Below are positions 10,120 through 20,404 of a stretch of 64,000 bases of DNA, one piece after another (the first letter of the stretch is position 1; every line of letters begins with the position of its first letter). The notes under the pieces are model-generated. The model did no database searches. It saw nothing but the letters and a program-made list of their open reading frames with translations, and had not been told where the DNA came from. Position numbers and translations under genes: made by a program. The stretch comes from an uncultured Chlamydiae bacterium (GTDB lineage: Bacteria > Chlamydiota > Chlamydiia > Chlamydiales > JAJFMA01): positions 288,001 to 352,000 of the forward strand of contig CAVQMM010000001.1 of assembly GCA_963713615.1 (NCBI GenBank). The letters are read 5' to 3'.

Positions 10120-11274
10120 ATGATTCATTCTAAAAGTGCAAGTGCTGGGGTGATTGGACTAGCATTGTTTTCCATGTTCTTTGGCGCTGGAAATTTGATA
10201 TTTCCAATGGCTGTAGGGGCTTTTGCCGAAGGGCATTATCCTTATGGGACTCTTGGTTTTTTGATAACTGCTGTCTTTTTGCCTTTTTTGGGTGTATTTA
10301 CCATGGTTTTGTTTAGGGGGGATTACACGCGCTTTTTTTCTATCCTCGGACGTCCATTAGGTTTTTTCTTTACCCTACTACTATTGACATTCTGGATTCC
10401 ACTGGGTTCGGGGCCAAGATGTGTTACTTTAGCATTTGCGGCAGCGAGGACTTTCGTGCCCGATCTTTGGCTTTGGCCCTTTAGCCTAGGGTTTTGCGTG
10501 CTTATCTATGCACTTACCTACCGTGAAAATAATATCATTGGCCTGCTTGGCAAGGTCCTTACGCCTGCATTGCTCATATCTATCGTTTTCGTCGTCGTTG
10601 CTGGGCTCCTAATCAGTCCGGGCTTGGCGGCTGTGGAACATGTTCCTTCGCATGTCTTTACCTTTGCCCTTAGCGAGGGTTACAACACACAAGATCTCAT
10701 CGCTTCATTTTTCTTCTCATCGGCGATCATTGGGATTCTCAATCACACGGATGTAGAAGGTGGCGCTTCAGCAAGCGAAAGGAGGCACTTAACGTTGGCT
10801 CTTCGTGGCGGTTTGATAGGCGTTGCTGTGTTGGGTATTGTCTATGTGGGCCTCCTATATCTCGGAGCTGCTTATTCCTCCGTTCTACAGGAGGTTTCCA
10901 AGGACTCCTTGCTTTCCCACTTATCGGTGTACTTGCTAGGTCACCATATGGGCTTTGTGCCAGTGGCCATTATAGCGTTAGCTTGTGTCACGACTTCGGT
11001 AGCTTTGACTATTGTATTTGCTAAATTTCTAAAGACAGCAGTGTTTAAGGATTACATTAGTGAGCAGACGTCCTTGATAATGACGTTAGTACTGACTTTT
11101 TGCATGTCATTACTCGGCTTTGAAAGTATTTCCGAGGTCCTTGGAGTAGCGATGGCTTGGCTATACCCGGCTCTGATCATCCTGATGGTTGTAAACCTGA
11201 TCCTTTACTATTACCGCAGGCCAAATGGTAAAGAGACAGCCACTGTAGCTACGTCGCGAGTGAAAGCAGTATAA
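10120..11274 (+). CDS. brnQ: Branched-chain amino acid transporter BrnQ
   Basis: GLALFSMFFGAGNLIFP, GKVLTP, EGYNTQD, ACVTTSVAL, LYP motifs. Confidence 0.93.
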   Translation: MIHSKSASAGVIGLALFSMFFGAGNLIFPMAVGAFAEGHYPYGTLGFLITAVFLPFLGVFTMVLFRGDYTRFFSILGRPLGFFFTLLLLTFWIPLGSGPRCVTLAFAAARTFVPDLWLWPFSLGFCVLIYALTYRENNIIGLLGKVLTPALLISIVFVVVAGLLISPGLAAVEHVPSHVFTFALSEGYNTQDLIASFFFSSAIIGILNHTDVEGGASASERRHLTLALRGGLIGVAVLGIVYVGLLYLGAAYSSVLQEVSKDSLLSHLSVYLLGHHMGFVPVAIIALACVTTSVALTIVFAKFLKTAVFKDYISEQTSLIMTLVLTFCMSLLGFESISEVLGVAMAWLYPALIILMVVNLILYYYRRPNGKETATVATSRVKAV

Positions 11275-11309
11275 CGAGGCCATAAATTCGTGCCCGAACC
11301 TGTGTCCAA

Positions 11310-11640
11310 GCCCATACGCGGAATTTTCACCGCCGAGGCGCATAGAAGGTCGTGGGGCTTTTTTAGGATTTTTACCGCCGAGACACCGAGATAGGAGAGA
11401 GAGGATTAGGAGAGAATGTGCCGTTTGTGTGTCCTTGAGCAAAATTCTGCCCAAGGGCCTCTTGAGGGGTTAGCGTTTTGGTAAAGCCCTTAGACAGCAT
11501 TTTGCCCAAGGACATACAAACGGCACAGGTGCTCAATCTAACTTTTTCGAGGACCTGTTTAGTTGCTACCGAACATTCTTTCCTATCTCGGCGCCTCGGC
11601 GGTGAAAATTCCTAATCCTCTTAGCTTAACGCGCATGGGC
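11310..11640. repeat. Family B palindromic element with nested internal palindrome
   Basis: GGAATTTTCACCGCCGAGGCGC (11320) / GCGCCTCGGCGGTGAAAATTCC (11612); inner IR TGTGCCGTTTGT...ACAAACGGCACA at 11417-11527. Confidence 0.88.
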
Positions 11641-11699
11641 ACGCACACGGGCTCCGACTCGTAGGCAACAGTTTAAATACATATTTTGCTATAATAGAG

Positions 11700-12626
11700 A
11701 TGAAAACATCAAATCTTAGGCGGAGTATGGAAAGACTTAAAGGTGAAGGTCAGCCCGATTACGCATCCTATCAAGCGCAGTCTCGTTCTGAAAAGCCTTC
11801 GCAGAGCAAAAAACACACACATCTTAGCCGTCAGGTTGATCAATTATGCAAGCAATGCGTGGATACCGTGCGCCTCCTTGATGGCTTGCATCGCAAGCAG
11901 CTGATGGGAAGCGAGGTTCATCCTCATGAACTTGAACTGGTCACCGGAGAGATCAGCGTACTTCAAGGCATTGTCAAGGAGCACGAGGAGTTGGCCATTG
12001 GATCACCCAAGGCAATACCCCTTATCCTAAAGGAAAAAGCACGCCTCGACCAGCTCGTACAAAAACTGGAAACGGTTAAGAGTCATCAGAAAGTATTAGA
12101 CCTAAATGTTCAGCCGCAGCAAGCTCCGCAGTCTCCCGCTCTTAAGGCTGTAATTGCGCAACAAATGGTTTTAGCGAAAGCGCGTGTGGATGAAGCCGCG
12201 CGCACTAAATCCACCTTCACAGCAGTTGTCGTGAAACCCACCGTGGCGTTTCCGAAACAACTCAATAAGCTTTCGGCGACAGGTCCGGATAGCCAGCTCT
12301 TCAAGCCTGATCTGGTAGATGGGGGCACTCTTTCCAAGCTAGGAAATGAAGTGGCTAAGGCTGCCGACGATGTTCTTAGGGCGGAGCGATATGCCGAGCA
12401 GATAGACCCTAGTCCAGAAGCGCTTCAACACCTACATGTCATCCATGAAGCGGTTACCAACCTTAAAGAACGTTTAGGAGGGTTGGAGATCTCGCTTGCT
12501 AAGGCAGCCGTCCACTTTCCTGGATCTCGCTTTCAGCTCAACCTCGAAGAGAGAGTGAGTCTTCTACGCGCCAAATTGGATTCCCTGGAGGCGCACTATC
12601 ATGCTCTACAGAAAATGACCGGCTAG
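11700..12626 (+). CDS. Hypothetical coiled-coil protein, possible effector
   Basis: 308-aa helical ORF; two loosely similar halves (VHPHELE.V..EIS.L / IDPSPEAL...H..V..L). Confidence 0.75.
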   Translation: MKTSNLRRSMERLKGEGQPDYASYQAQSRSEKPSQSKKHTHLSRQVDQLCKQCVDTVRLLDGLHRKQLMGSEVHPHELELVTGEISVLQGIVKEHEELAIGSPKAIPLILKEKARLDQLVQKLETVKSHQKVLDLNVQPQQAPQSPALKAVIAQQMVLAKARVDEAARTKSTFTAVVVKPTVAFPKQLNKLSATGPDSQLFKPDLVDGGTLSKLGNEVAKAADDVLRAERYAEQIDPSPEALQHLHVIHEAVTNLKERLGGLEISLAKAAVHFPGSRFQLNLEERVSLLRAKLDSLEAHYHALQKMTG

Positions 12627-13114
12627 GCCCAATAAAACTTCCAACAATTTGTGATGAATTGTCGGGGCGATTTGACTGCCTGTACTACGTAGTGATAGGG
12701 ATAGGAGGAAACCCGGCATAGCACGATAAATTTGTCTAAAGCCTCAATAGCAGTTTCTATGATTTCATTGGTCATTAGAGGAGGCTTGAAGGTCAGCTCG
12801 TCGATGCATTCAGGCGAAGGTAATTCCAGAAACTGAGCGATATCTAACGTTTCCTTGGCGGCAGTACGTATGCGGTGCCTGACCTCTTTGTAGTCGGGGT
12901 CATTAAGCAGAAGCTTCTTGAATTTAGTAGCAATCTCTTCATCATCGATGGCTTTGTGGATGGCGGTCTGCTCGGTTAGTTGGCGCACACGTGTTTCAAG
13001 CAACTCCCAACGATTGGCTTTGAGCTGCCAGAAGAGCATTAGATCGTCGCTTAGACTATGCAATATGGCTAAGTCCCTGAGTTGATTGCGCCATGCCTTT
13101 CTAGAAGTTGCCAT
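12623..13114 (-). CDS. Hypothetical protein
   Basis: ORF from MATSRKAW; upstream extension lies in repeat A. Confidence 0.7.
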   Translation of the reverse strand: MATSRKAWRNQLRDLAILHSLSDDLMLFWQLKANRWELLETRVRQLTEQTAIHKAIDDEEIATKFKKLLLNDPDYKEVRHRIRTAAKETLDIAQFLELPSPECIDELTFKPPLMTNEIIETAIEALDKFIVLCRVSSYPYHYVVQAVKSPRQFITNCWKFYWA

Positions 13115-13620
13115 GGATGCCCACGGATTTAGAAGGTTTAGGAGTAACACGGATGCACACGGATCTAGGAGGATTTAGGAGGATAGGGTAGCAAATACGG
13201 TTCGTGTCATTTTTAGGAGCAACACGGATGCACACGGATCTAGGAGGATTTAGGAGGATAGGATAGCAAATACGGTTCGTGTCATTTTTAGGAGCAACAC
13301 GGATGCACACGGATCTAGGAGGATTTAGGAGGATAGGGTAGCAAATACGGTTCGTGTCATTTTTAGGAGTAACACGGATGCACACGGATCTAGGAGGATT
13401 TAGGAGGATAGGATTAGAATTAGTTTTTTCAGGTCCATAATTTATGTTCAAATCCATCCTATTCAGTCCTAATCCCCCTAGATCCGTGTTACTCCTAGCT
13501 CCTAACTCCTAATCCTATCCTAATCCTCCTAAATCCTCCTAGATCCGTGTGCATCCGTGTTACTCCTAACTCCTAACTCCTAACTCCTAAATCCTAATTC
13601 CTATCCTAATCTCTATCTTA
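13111..13620. repeat. Family A element: four 75-bp units, a degenerate unit and an inverted unit
   Basis: Units at 13138, 13213, 13288, 13363; inverted copy at ~13521-13570 followed by CTCCTAA heptamers. Confidence 0.95.
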
Positions 13621-13624
13621 GTCC

Positions 13625-14491
13625 CTATCCGCGGCTAAGACCGAATTCCGTGCGCACATCGGGACCATTTAAGGAGTCGAGGTAATCGAAGACATTGTTC
13701 ACGCGTTCACTCACAGCGGAGTTTGTGATGGCACCAAACCAGAGGCCCCACTCGACATAGGCTTGAGGTTCGATGGCCTGGGTGCTTTTGATGGAGAAGG
13801 CATAGGAATGACCTTGGCGGTCTCTAAACATATAAATCGCCCCTACGCGGTCGCTGGGAAGCAAGTCACTGTCGAGAACTGAGTCTATCAGCAGAGTGGG
13901 GAATTCAGTTAGAGCAGCGTGATAGGTGGTCTGCTGTTCAGAAGTACGCCTTTCCAAACCACCTCGTGGATAAGCAATATAGAGCTTACCACCCTTGTGG
14001 AGGTACTCTCGCACGATCTGAGCTCGAGATCTGACGGTAAGTAGCTTATGAAGGTCATAAGCGATCGAAGGATCTAGTAGACCCGTCGACGGAGCTTCTG
14101 TAGGAAGGGTACACAGTGGTGTCGCGGGCGTTGGAGTATGTATAACACCGACGAGTTGGACAATTTCGCCCATGGCCTGAGCGCATGCCAAGACATGTTC
14201 TACAGCGCCCTGGGTACTCACAAATTTTACACGAAAGTCGTCTGAACCAGCTTCTCGGTAGAAACCCTTACTTTTAAGAACATCGACAAGAGCTAACATT
14301 TCATTCCGCTGTGAAAGGGCGGTGTCGTTGCCGATGCAGGCTTTGACCCGATCCAAAAGAAGATTAGCAAACTGTTGGGCATTGTCTTCTTCACAAGCAG
14401 CAGGGACTTGGAAGGATGTCATCGCAAAAGCCAAGGCCAGACTGCTAAGCGCCAGAGCAAGCTTTGTTGTAAGATCTCTCAATTTCATCAT
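13625..14491 (-). CDS. Hypothetical secreted protein
   Basis: 288 aa, signal peptide, GGGGG RBS; conserved-looking GVIHTPTPATPLC. Confidence 0.8.
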   Translation of the reverse strand: MMKLRDLTTKLALALSSLALAFAMTSFQVPAACEEDNAQQFANLLLDRVKACIGNDTALSQRNEMLALVDVLKSKGFYREAGSDDFRVKFVSTQGAVEHVLACAQAMGEIVQLVGVIHTPTPATPLCTLPTEAPSTGLLDPSIAYDLHKLLTVRSRAQIVREYLHKGGKLYIAYPRGGLERRTSEQQTTYHAALTEFPTLLIDSVLDSDLLPSDRVGAIYMFRDRQGHSYAFSIKSTQAIEPQAYVEWGLWFGAITNSAVSERVNNVFDYLDSLNGPDVRTEFGLSRG

Positions 14492-14674
14492 GACCCCCTT
14501 TGTTGATATAGCAAGTATAACGATGAGGGCCTGTCTTAGCTACCCTTTTTGATGCAAATGAGGTACACTTCGAGCTATACCCCGCGCGGTAAAAACTTAT
14601 CTTTAACAACATAGTGAAACACAAAAGTGAGCTCTCCTTTGCGCCTTTGCGTTAAAAAAGCCCCAACAACCGCT

Positions 14675-15229
14675 GTGGCTAAGGCGTCAAAAGCTAAGCC
14701 GAAATGGGAAATACCATCCAGAAGCCGCCAATGCTGCCGAGGCCAAGAGCCCTTTCAGCCTGAAATGGTCTATTACTCTTTGCTTACAACTGACGATCAG
14801 GGCGCTTATGACCGGCGAGACTATTGTTTGACTTGCTGGCAGCAAGAGCTTGCTGCTGGGAGTGTTCCATCTGAAGGAACACATTGGAAAGCCATGGTTC
14901 CATCGCGCAATCCCAAGGTTAATGACCCGCGCGAGCGTGGCGAGCGTGCTTTGCTCCTATTGCGGGAATCGCTAACGGCTGGAGAAGATGCGGAGGCCTT
15001 TGTGCTAGGCTTATATTTGCAGAGGCTGCGCCTATCAGCCGCGCGCCAGGAGATAGTCCGAGAGGGAGTGGAATTTACCTTATATGAAGTGCTGGAAACG
15101 GGTGAAATGATTACGGTTCCGAAAGTGATCTTATCACATATAGAAGTGATTGATGTGCAAAAGCGTATTTCCAAAAGGCTCAACGACGAGACGCCGGCTT
15201 CACACGTGCCGGAACATAGGCAGGTGTGA
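14675..15229 (+). CDS. Hypothetical protein with Cys pairs
   Basis: CC..RRDYCLTCW...HWK; GTG start chosen because the upstream extension overlaps a REP-like half site (CTTTGCGCCTTTGCGTTAAA). Confidence 0.75.
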   Translation: MAKASKAKPKWEIPSRSRQCCRGQEPFQPEMVYYSLLTTDDQGAYDRRDYCLTCWQQELAAGSVPSEGTHWKAMVPSRNPKVNDPRERGERALLLLRESLTAGEDAEAFVLGLYLQRLRLSAARQEIVREGVEFTLYEVLETGEMITVPKVILSHIEVIDVQKRISKRLNDETPASHVPEHRQV

Positions 15230-15357
15230 TAGGGGCTAGGCCGCGGCGAGTGGATGGGATACGAGGAGTTTCTTTGATCCAACGTTGGTTAGTGGGATTT
15301 TTCATAGTTCCCTCCTTTTTTTCGCACACTTTTCAACATGCAAAACGAATGCCAGGT

Positions 15358-15518
15358 GTACCACACTCGGTCATAAATTTTGGATTTGGACCGCGCCAAA
15401 GCCCCGGGATTCAACGATCGCAAATGGGTCAATATTAGAATATGGACCCATTTGCGATCGTTGAATCGCGGGAGCTTTCGCGTGGGCCCAAATCTAAATT
15501 TATGACCGAGTGTGGTAC
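15358..15518. mobile_element. Family C MITE immediately upstream of the xerD start
   Basis: GTA-CCACACTCGGTCATAAATT...AATTTATGACCGAGTGTGG-TAC, then C-ATG. Confidence 0.9.
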
Positions 15519-15519
15519 C

Positions 15520-16404
15520 ATGTTTCTACATTTAGATGAGTTTATCAGCTATTTAGCCTCGGAGAAGGGAGCAAGCCATCATACTATAGAGGCTTATGCC
15601 CGTGACACTGCGGGCTTTGCAAATCACCTAAAGCAAGTGGGAGTTGCCACGTTTTGTGAGGTAAAACGAGACCATATCGTTCGTTATCTATCTCATCTCA
15701 AAGAACGAGAGTATGCTAGCGCTTCGATCTGCCGAGCCCTCATCGCTATAAAGGTTTTATTTCGCTTTTTGAAGAGGGAAGGTTATCTGAAGGTCAATAT
15801 CACCCTGACCCTCGATTCACCTAAGCTTTGGCAGCTTATTCCAGAGGTGCTTACAGGCGCCGAGATTGAGCGTTTGTTGGTACAGCCGTGCACTTCCACG
15901 GAACAAGGGGCTCGTGATCGTGCGATTCTGGAGGTTCTCTATGGATGTGGACTGCGTGTATCGGAGCTCTGTGGACTGAACATTTATGATGTCAATGATC
16001 AGTATGTCAAGGTGATGGGCAAGGGACGAAAGGAGAGGGTGGTGCCCATCGGCCGAAAGGCCATTGAAGCGATCGATTATTATTTAGGGCAATTTCGTGA
16101 TCGATGGGATAGTGAGAAGGAAAAAGCCCTTTTTGTGAATAGTGTCGGCAAGCGAATAGACCGCATGACGGTATGGGAACGCGTTAAGGCCTACGCTAAA
16201 GCCGCGGGCATTAGCAAAAATATATCGCCTCATACGCTTAGGCACTCATTTGCTACGCATTTATTAGACAATGGGGCGGAATTGCGTGTCATCCAAGAGA
16301 TGCTGGGACACGCGAGTATAGCGAGTACTGACCGCTATACCCATGTGAGCCAGCAACGACTTCAAGATGCTTTCCACTCCTTCCACCCGCGCCAGGAAGG
16401 CTAA
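15520..16404 (+). CDS. xerD: Tyrosine recombinase XerD
   Basis: RDRAILEVLYGCGLRVSEL, GKGRKERVVP, SPHTLRHSFATHLL, QEMLGHASIASTDRYTHV, FHPR end. Confidence 0.9.
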   Translation: MFLHLDEFISYLASEKGASHHTIEAYARDTAGFANHLKQVGVATFCEVKRDHIVRYLSHLKEREYASASICRALIAIKVLFRFLKREGYLKVNITLTLDSPKLWQLIPEVLTGAEIERLLVQPCTSTEQGARDRAILEVLYGCGLRVSELCGLNIYDVNDQYVKVMGKGRKERVVPIGRKAIEAIDYYLGQFRDRWDSEKEKALFVNSVGKRIDRMTVWERVKAYAKAAGISKNISPHTLRHSFATHLLDNGAELRVIQEMLGHASIASTDRYTHVSQQRLQDAFHSFHPRQEG

Positions 16405-16841
16405 TCGAACTTGAGTGCGCGATGACACTGCCCGCCCAAGCTTGCAGCGGTTAGGAAGCAGGTTGTGAGCAGAACTGCAGGCCCGGCGATGATAGCGCCG
16501 GCAGTGCAAATGGCCTTTCCTAGAGCCGTCTGATCGTAGAAGACAGCTTTGATTTTCTCTATGGCTGCATGGCAAGTTTCATCCCATACGATCCCACAGA
16601 ATAACCCAAAGACAAACAAGTTTGGAGACACAAAGAAGACTGCCAGCTTAAGGAGTATCAGGCAGAAGTCCTGGATTCTCTTTATTAGCGGAATCTGGTC
16701 TCTATGGGCTCCAAAGGTAGGTGGATTTTTGAACTTATTGAGAAACGCATGCTCCGCAGAGCTCTTTCCCAGGGGCAGAAAGGTAGGTAACCCTGGATCA
16801 AAGGAAATACTTGGTAGATAGCTCGTGTTAGTAACAGCCAT
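16401..16841 (-). CDS. Small membrane protein, Inc-like
   Basis: Two hydrophobic hairpins after a polar N-terminus; GGAGG RBS. Confidence 0.7.
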   Translation of the reverse strand: MAVTNTSYLPSISFDPGLPTFLPLGKSSAEHAFLNKFKNPPTFGAHRDQIPLIKRIQDFCLILLKLAVFFVSPNLFVFGLFCGIVWDETCHAAIEKIKAVFYDQTALGKAICTAGAIIAGPAVLLTTCFLTAASLGGQCHRALKFD

Positions 16842-16948
16842 CGCTCCTCCTCTCTTTTTTATTCTATGCTCCCACGCTTACTCTGTGTGAGTTAGCGACA
16901 TAGAGGGAATATGATACGCTAATCGGCGTTAAAAAAACACACGAACTA

Positions 16949-17434
16949 TTAGGTTGAAGCACCAGTAGTAGTCATTTCTGCTTGAAGCTGCTGAGCTGCA
17001 AAAGCCCCTGCAACAACAGGCAAATAGGCAAAGAATGTGACGCCAACGATAAGGGCTCCGATGCCGCCAAGAATCTTGACTTCAGAATTCATCGTTTCAA
17101 AACGTTTGCTTAAATCAGCAAAATATTGGTCTACACTCTTTGATGGAATAAGCAGACCGACGATAGCTCCAGCAGCAAAATAGGGCAACGATACAACAGC
17201 TAATATTGCTGTTGCTGACCAAGCCGCAACTTTGAGGACCGTTTGTACAAACTCTGGATCAACTTCCGAAGTCGTCACTTTGTGAGACTTGGAACCGGCT
17301 GATGGACGCACACGCTCAAGGACTTGCAACTCATGTCCATGATTGTCTATTTCAACGACTTGTGGATTTTCATTATCCTGTCCAACCCATGGCACGATAC
17401 TCCAATCATTGTTATTTCTATGTATGGTAGTCAT
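16949..17434 (-). CDS. Small membrane protein, Inc-like
   Basis: Polar N-terminus plus two bilobed hydrophobic segments, same layout as its neighbour. Confidence 0.7.
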   Translation of the reverse strand: MTTIHRNNNDWSIVPWVGQDNENPQVVEIDNHGHELQVLERVRPSAGSKSHKVTTSEVDPEFVQTVLKVAAWSATAILAVVSLPYFAAGAIVGLLIPSKSVDQYFADLSKRFETMNSEVKILGGIGALIVGVTFFAYLPVVAGAFAAQQLQAEMTTTGAST

Positions 17435-17460
17435 TTAATTCCCCCCCGGAAATGCTATAT

Positions 17461-18927
17461 TTATGAAAGTTTTTTCTTAAGTAGGTCATTCACAATTTTA
17501 GGCGAGGCCTTGCCTCGAGTGAGTTTCATCACCTGCCCTACCAAAAAGGCAAATGCTTTATCTTTACCAGCTCGGTAGTCGGCGATGCTCTGGGCGTGTT
17601 CTGCGAGCACTTGATCTACGAGCACCTCGATCTCATCCTCTGCATGCAGAGGCTGATAGTCAGGATTGCTATCTACTATTTCCTTGACGCTTTTGCCTGG
17701 TGCCGCCATGAGGTCATCGGCTACCTTCTTCGCTATTTTGCCTGTAATAGTCCCTTGATCGATCAAATTCACGAGCAGGGCTAGTTCACTGGCCGGAATG
17801 CCGAGGTCCATGAGGCTCTTGCCACTATCCTTGAGGCGGCCTGCGAACTCCACGATGATCCAGTTGCATAGATTTCTTGCATTACTACACGTTTTGAGAC
17901 CCTCTTCGAAGTAGTCAGCCAGGGGTTTATCGCTTGTGAGGACGAATGCACTATCGGGCGATAGCTGCAGATTCTTAACATAGCGGCGTAGGCGTTCCAG
18001 AGGCATCTCAGGTAGGGTAGCACGAACTTCTTCAATGAATGCTGGAGTAAGCACAATCGGAACGAGGTCTGGCTCAGGGCAGTAACGGTAGTCATCCGCG
18101 CATTCTTTGCGACGCATGATGACGGTCTCTTTCTTCTGTGGATCCCAGCGATAGGTGGCCTGCTTGATGACGTTGGTATAATCGGCGTCACCATGTTTCA
18201 CGTATTCGCGGATTTGACGTTGGATTTCGGCTGCAAGGGCCATTTCCAAGAAGTTAAAAGAGTTCATGTTTTTGATTTCGATCTTATTACGCAGCCCTGT
18301 CTCACCTTTTTTGCGAACGGAGATGTTGGCATCGATGCGTAGGGATCCCTCTTCCATGTTACAGTCGGAGGCATCGAGATATTGCATGATTCCTTTGACA
18401 GCCATGGCATAGGCGGCGGCATCGCGTGGAGTGTGCATGCAGGGCTCGGAGACGATCTCAAGCAAAGGTACGCCGGCCCTGTTGTAATCTACGCCTGCGA
18501 AGCTTGTGAAGTGCTTGAGCATGCCAGCATCATCTTCCAGATGGGCATGGTGAATTTGGAAGGTCTTTTCGACTCCTTCCACTTCTACAACGACTTGACC
18601 ACCGATGACAATGGGCTCGTAGAACTGTGTAATCTGAAAATTACGAGGACTGTCCGGGTAGAAATAGGATTTGCGGTCGAAGCGGCTGATAGGGGCAACA
18701 TTGGCTCCCACAGCGCATCCAAATTGAACAGCTTTGCGGACAGCTTCTTTGTTCAGAACTGGTAGGGCACCTGGCTGGCCTGTGCAGACAACATCGATGT
18801 TGCTATTGGGTTCATCGCCAAAGCGGTTAGGTGCATGGCTGAAGAGCTTGCTCTTAGTATTAAGCTCTACGTGGATCTCCAGGCCTATGACGGCTTCCCA
18901 GTTATCATTTTGGCTCATCGCTGTCAT
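17461..18927 (-). CDS. gatB: Asp/Glu-tRNA amidotransferase subunit B
   Basis: VIGLEIHVELNTKSKLF, FDRKSYFYPD, DYNRAGVPLLEIV. Confidence 0.98.
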   Translation of the reverse strand: MTAMSQNDNWEAVIGLEIHVELNTKSKLFSHAPNRFGDEPNSNIDVVCTGQPGALPVLNKEAVRKAVQFGCAVGANVAPISRFDRKSYFYPDSPRNFQITQFYEPIVIGGQVVVEVEGVEKTFQIHHAHLEDDAGMLKHFTSFAGVDYNRAGVPLLEIVSEPCMHTPRDAAAYAMAVKGIMQYLDASDCNMEEGSLRIDANISVRKKGETGLRNKIEIKNMNSFNFLEMALAAEIQRQIREYVKHGDADYTNVIKQATYRWDPQKKETVIMRRKECADDYRYCPEPDLVPIVLTPAFIEEVRATLPEMPLERLRRYVKNLQLSPDSAFVLTSDKPLADYFEEGLKTCSNARNLCNWIIVEFAGRLKDSGKSLMDLGIPASELALLVNLIDQGTITGKIAKKVADDLMAAPGKSVKEIVDSNPDYQPLHAEDEIEVLVDQVLAEHAQSIADYRAGKDKAFAFLVGQVMKLTRGKASPKIVNDLLKKKLS

Positions 18928-18932
18928 TACTC

Positions 18933-20387
18933 CTACTTGGCCAATTCGGGCAGATGCGGTTCTGGTGCGGTAGCCTGTTCGAAGGCATGGGCAGCGGCGA
19001 AGACGCCGACGTCGCCTTGCTGTGGACCTACAAGTTGCAGGCCGAGTGGCTGGCCCTTCATAGTGAAGCCTGCAGGGACACTGATGGCCGGCACTCCAGC
19101 CAAGTTTGCAGGAATAGTATAGATATCTTCTAAGTATTCGCGCAAGGGATCGTTGATGGATCCAATATCAAAGGCACCGTCAGTCGTTACTGGAGTGGCA
19201 ACGAGATCACATTTCTTGAAAGCCTCTTCATACTGACGAATGATGAGCGTGCGCACCTTCTGAGCCTTGCGGTAATAGGCATCTTGAAAGCCAGCCGACA
19301 GGACATAGGTGCCGAGCATAATACGCCTTTTGACTTCGTGGCCATAGCCCTCTTCCTTAGAAAGGTCGTAAACCTCAGCCAAGGTGCGGGCTTCCTTCGA
19401 ACGCTGTCCGTAGCGGATGCCATCAAAGCGAGCCAGGTTTGTCGACGCTTCAGCCGGGGCGATGATGTAATAGGCGGCAATGCCCTTTTTGAGCAATGAG
19501 AGGTCAACATCGACGATGGTCGCGCCAAGCTTCTTAAAGGTCTCTAAGGATTGATCAAAGTTTGCTCGCGTATGTTCAGGAAGGCCTTCTAGGAAAGCCA
19601 AGGAAACGCCAATTTTCTTACCAGCCATCTGCCCATTTAGGGCAGAGAGATAGTCTTGGGGACCGAATGGCAGGCTGGTAGAGTCGCGTGGACAGTGGCG
19701 TCCGAGCACTTCCATCAACAGAGCGGTGTCTTGAACAGTGGTGGCGAAGGGACTAACTTGGTCGAGGGAAGAGCCAAAGGCCACCAAGCCATAGCGCGAT
19801 ACACGTCCATAGGTGGGTTTAAAGCCCACAAGGCTACACAGAGCAGCCGGCTGGCGTACGGAGCCGCCAGTATCGCTGCCTAGAGCTAGTGGGCATAACC
19901 GCGCTGCAACAGCTACAGCAGAACCTCCTGAAGAGCCCCCTGGAGTCCATTTAAGGTTCCAAGGATTGCGTGTGGCCTGGAATGCTGAATGCTCGGTGGA
20001 CGACCCCATGGCAAACTCGTCGAGATTGGTCTTACCAATGATGATGGCGTCTTCGGCTTCAAGAAGTTCGGTGACAGTAGCGTTGAAAGGCGCTTTATAG
20101 TTTGATAGAAATTTGGAGCCACATGTGGAGATGACTCCCTCGACATGGATATTGTCCTTCAGCGCTATCGGCACCCCAGCCAGCTTGCCCATCTTTTCAC
20201 CACGAGCTTTCTTAGCATCGAGGTTCTTAGCTTGGGTTAGGGCGCGATCATGTAAGACTGTTAGGAAGGCCCCCACCTGTGGATTTAGGCGATCGACACG
20301 TTCCAAAAAGTGCTTTACAATACTTTCGGCGGTACGTTCTCCGCGGATAAAGCTATCTCGAATTTGAATGGCTGTTTCACGATGCAT
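18933..20387 (-). CDS. gatA: Asp/Glu-tRNA amidotransferase subunit A
   Basis: Amidase signature GGSSGGSA, GSDTGGSVRQPA, EVKRRIMLG. Confidence 0.98.
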   Translation of the reverse strand: MHRETAIQIRDSFIRGERTAESIVKHFLERVDRLNPQVGAFLTVLHDRALTQAKNLDAKKARGEKMGKLAGVPIALKDNIHVEGVISTCGSKFLSNYKAPFNATVTELLEAEDAIIIGKTNLDEFAMGSSTEHSAFQATRNPWNLKWTPGGSSGGSAVAVAARLCPLALGSDTGGSVRQPAALCSLVGFKPTYGRVSRYGLVAFGSSLDQVSPFATTVQDTALLMEVLGRHCPRDSTSLPFGPQDYLSALNGQMAGKKIGVSLAFLEGLPEHTRANFDQSLETFKKLGATIVDVDLSLLKKGIAAYYIIAPAEASTNLARFDGIRYGQRSKEARTLAEVYDLSKEEGYGHEVKRRIMLGTYVLSAGFQDAYYRKAQKVRTLIIRQYEEAFKKCDLVATPVTTDGAFDIGSINDPLREYLEDIYTIPANLAGVPAISVPAGFTMKGQPLGLQLVGPQQGDVGVFAAAHAFEQATAPEPHLPELAK

Positions 20388-20404
20388 CGATATCGGACCT
20401 CTTG

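Noticed and set aside
13111..13620. Family A arrays (also 7136-7531) as CRISPR
   Set aside because: Inter-repeat segments are near-identical rather than unique spacers, an inverted unit closes each array, and no cas genes are present
15520..16404. Tyrosine recombinase as a phage or island integrase
   Set aside because: Size and motifs fit housekeeping XerD; no att sites or phage genes nearby
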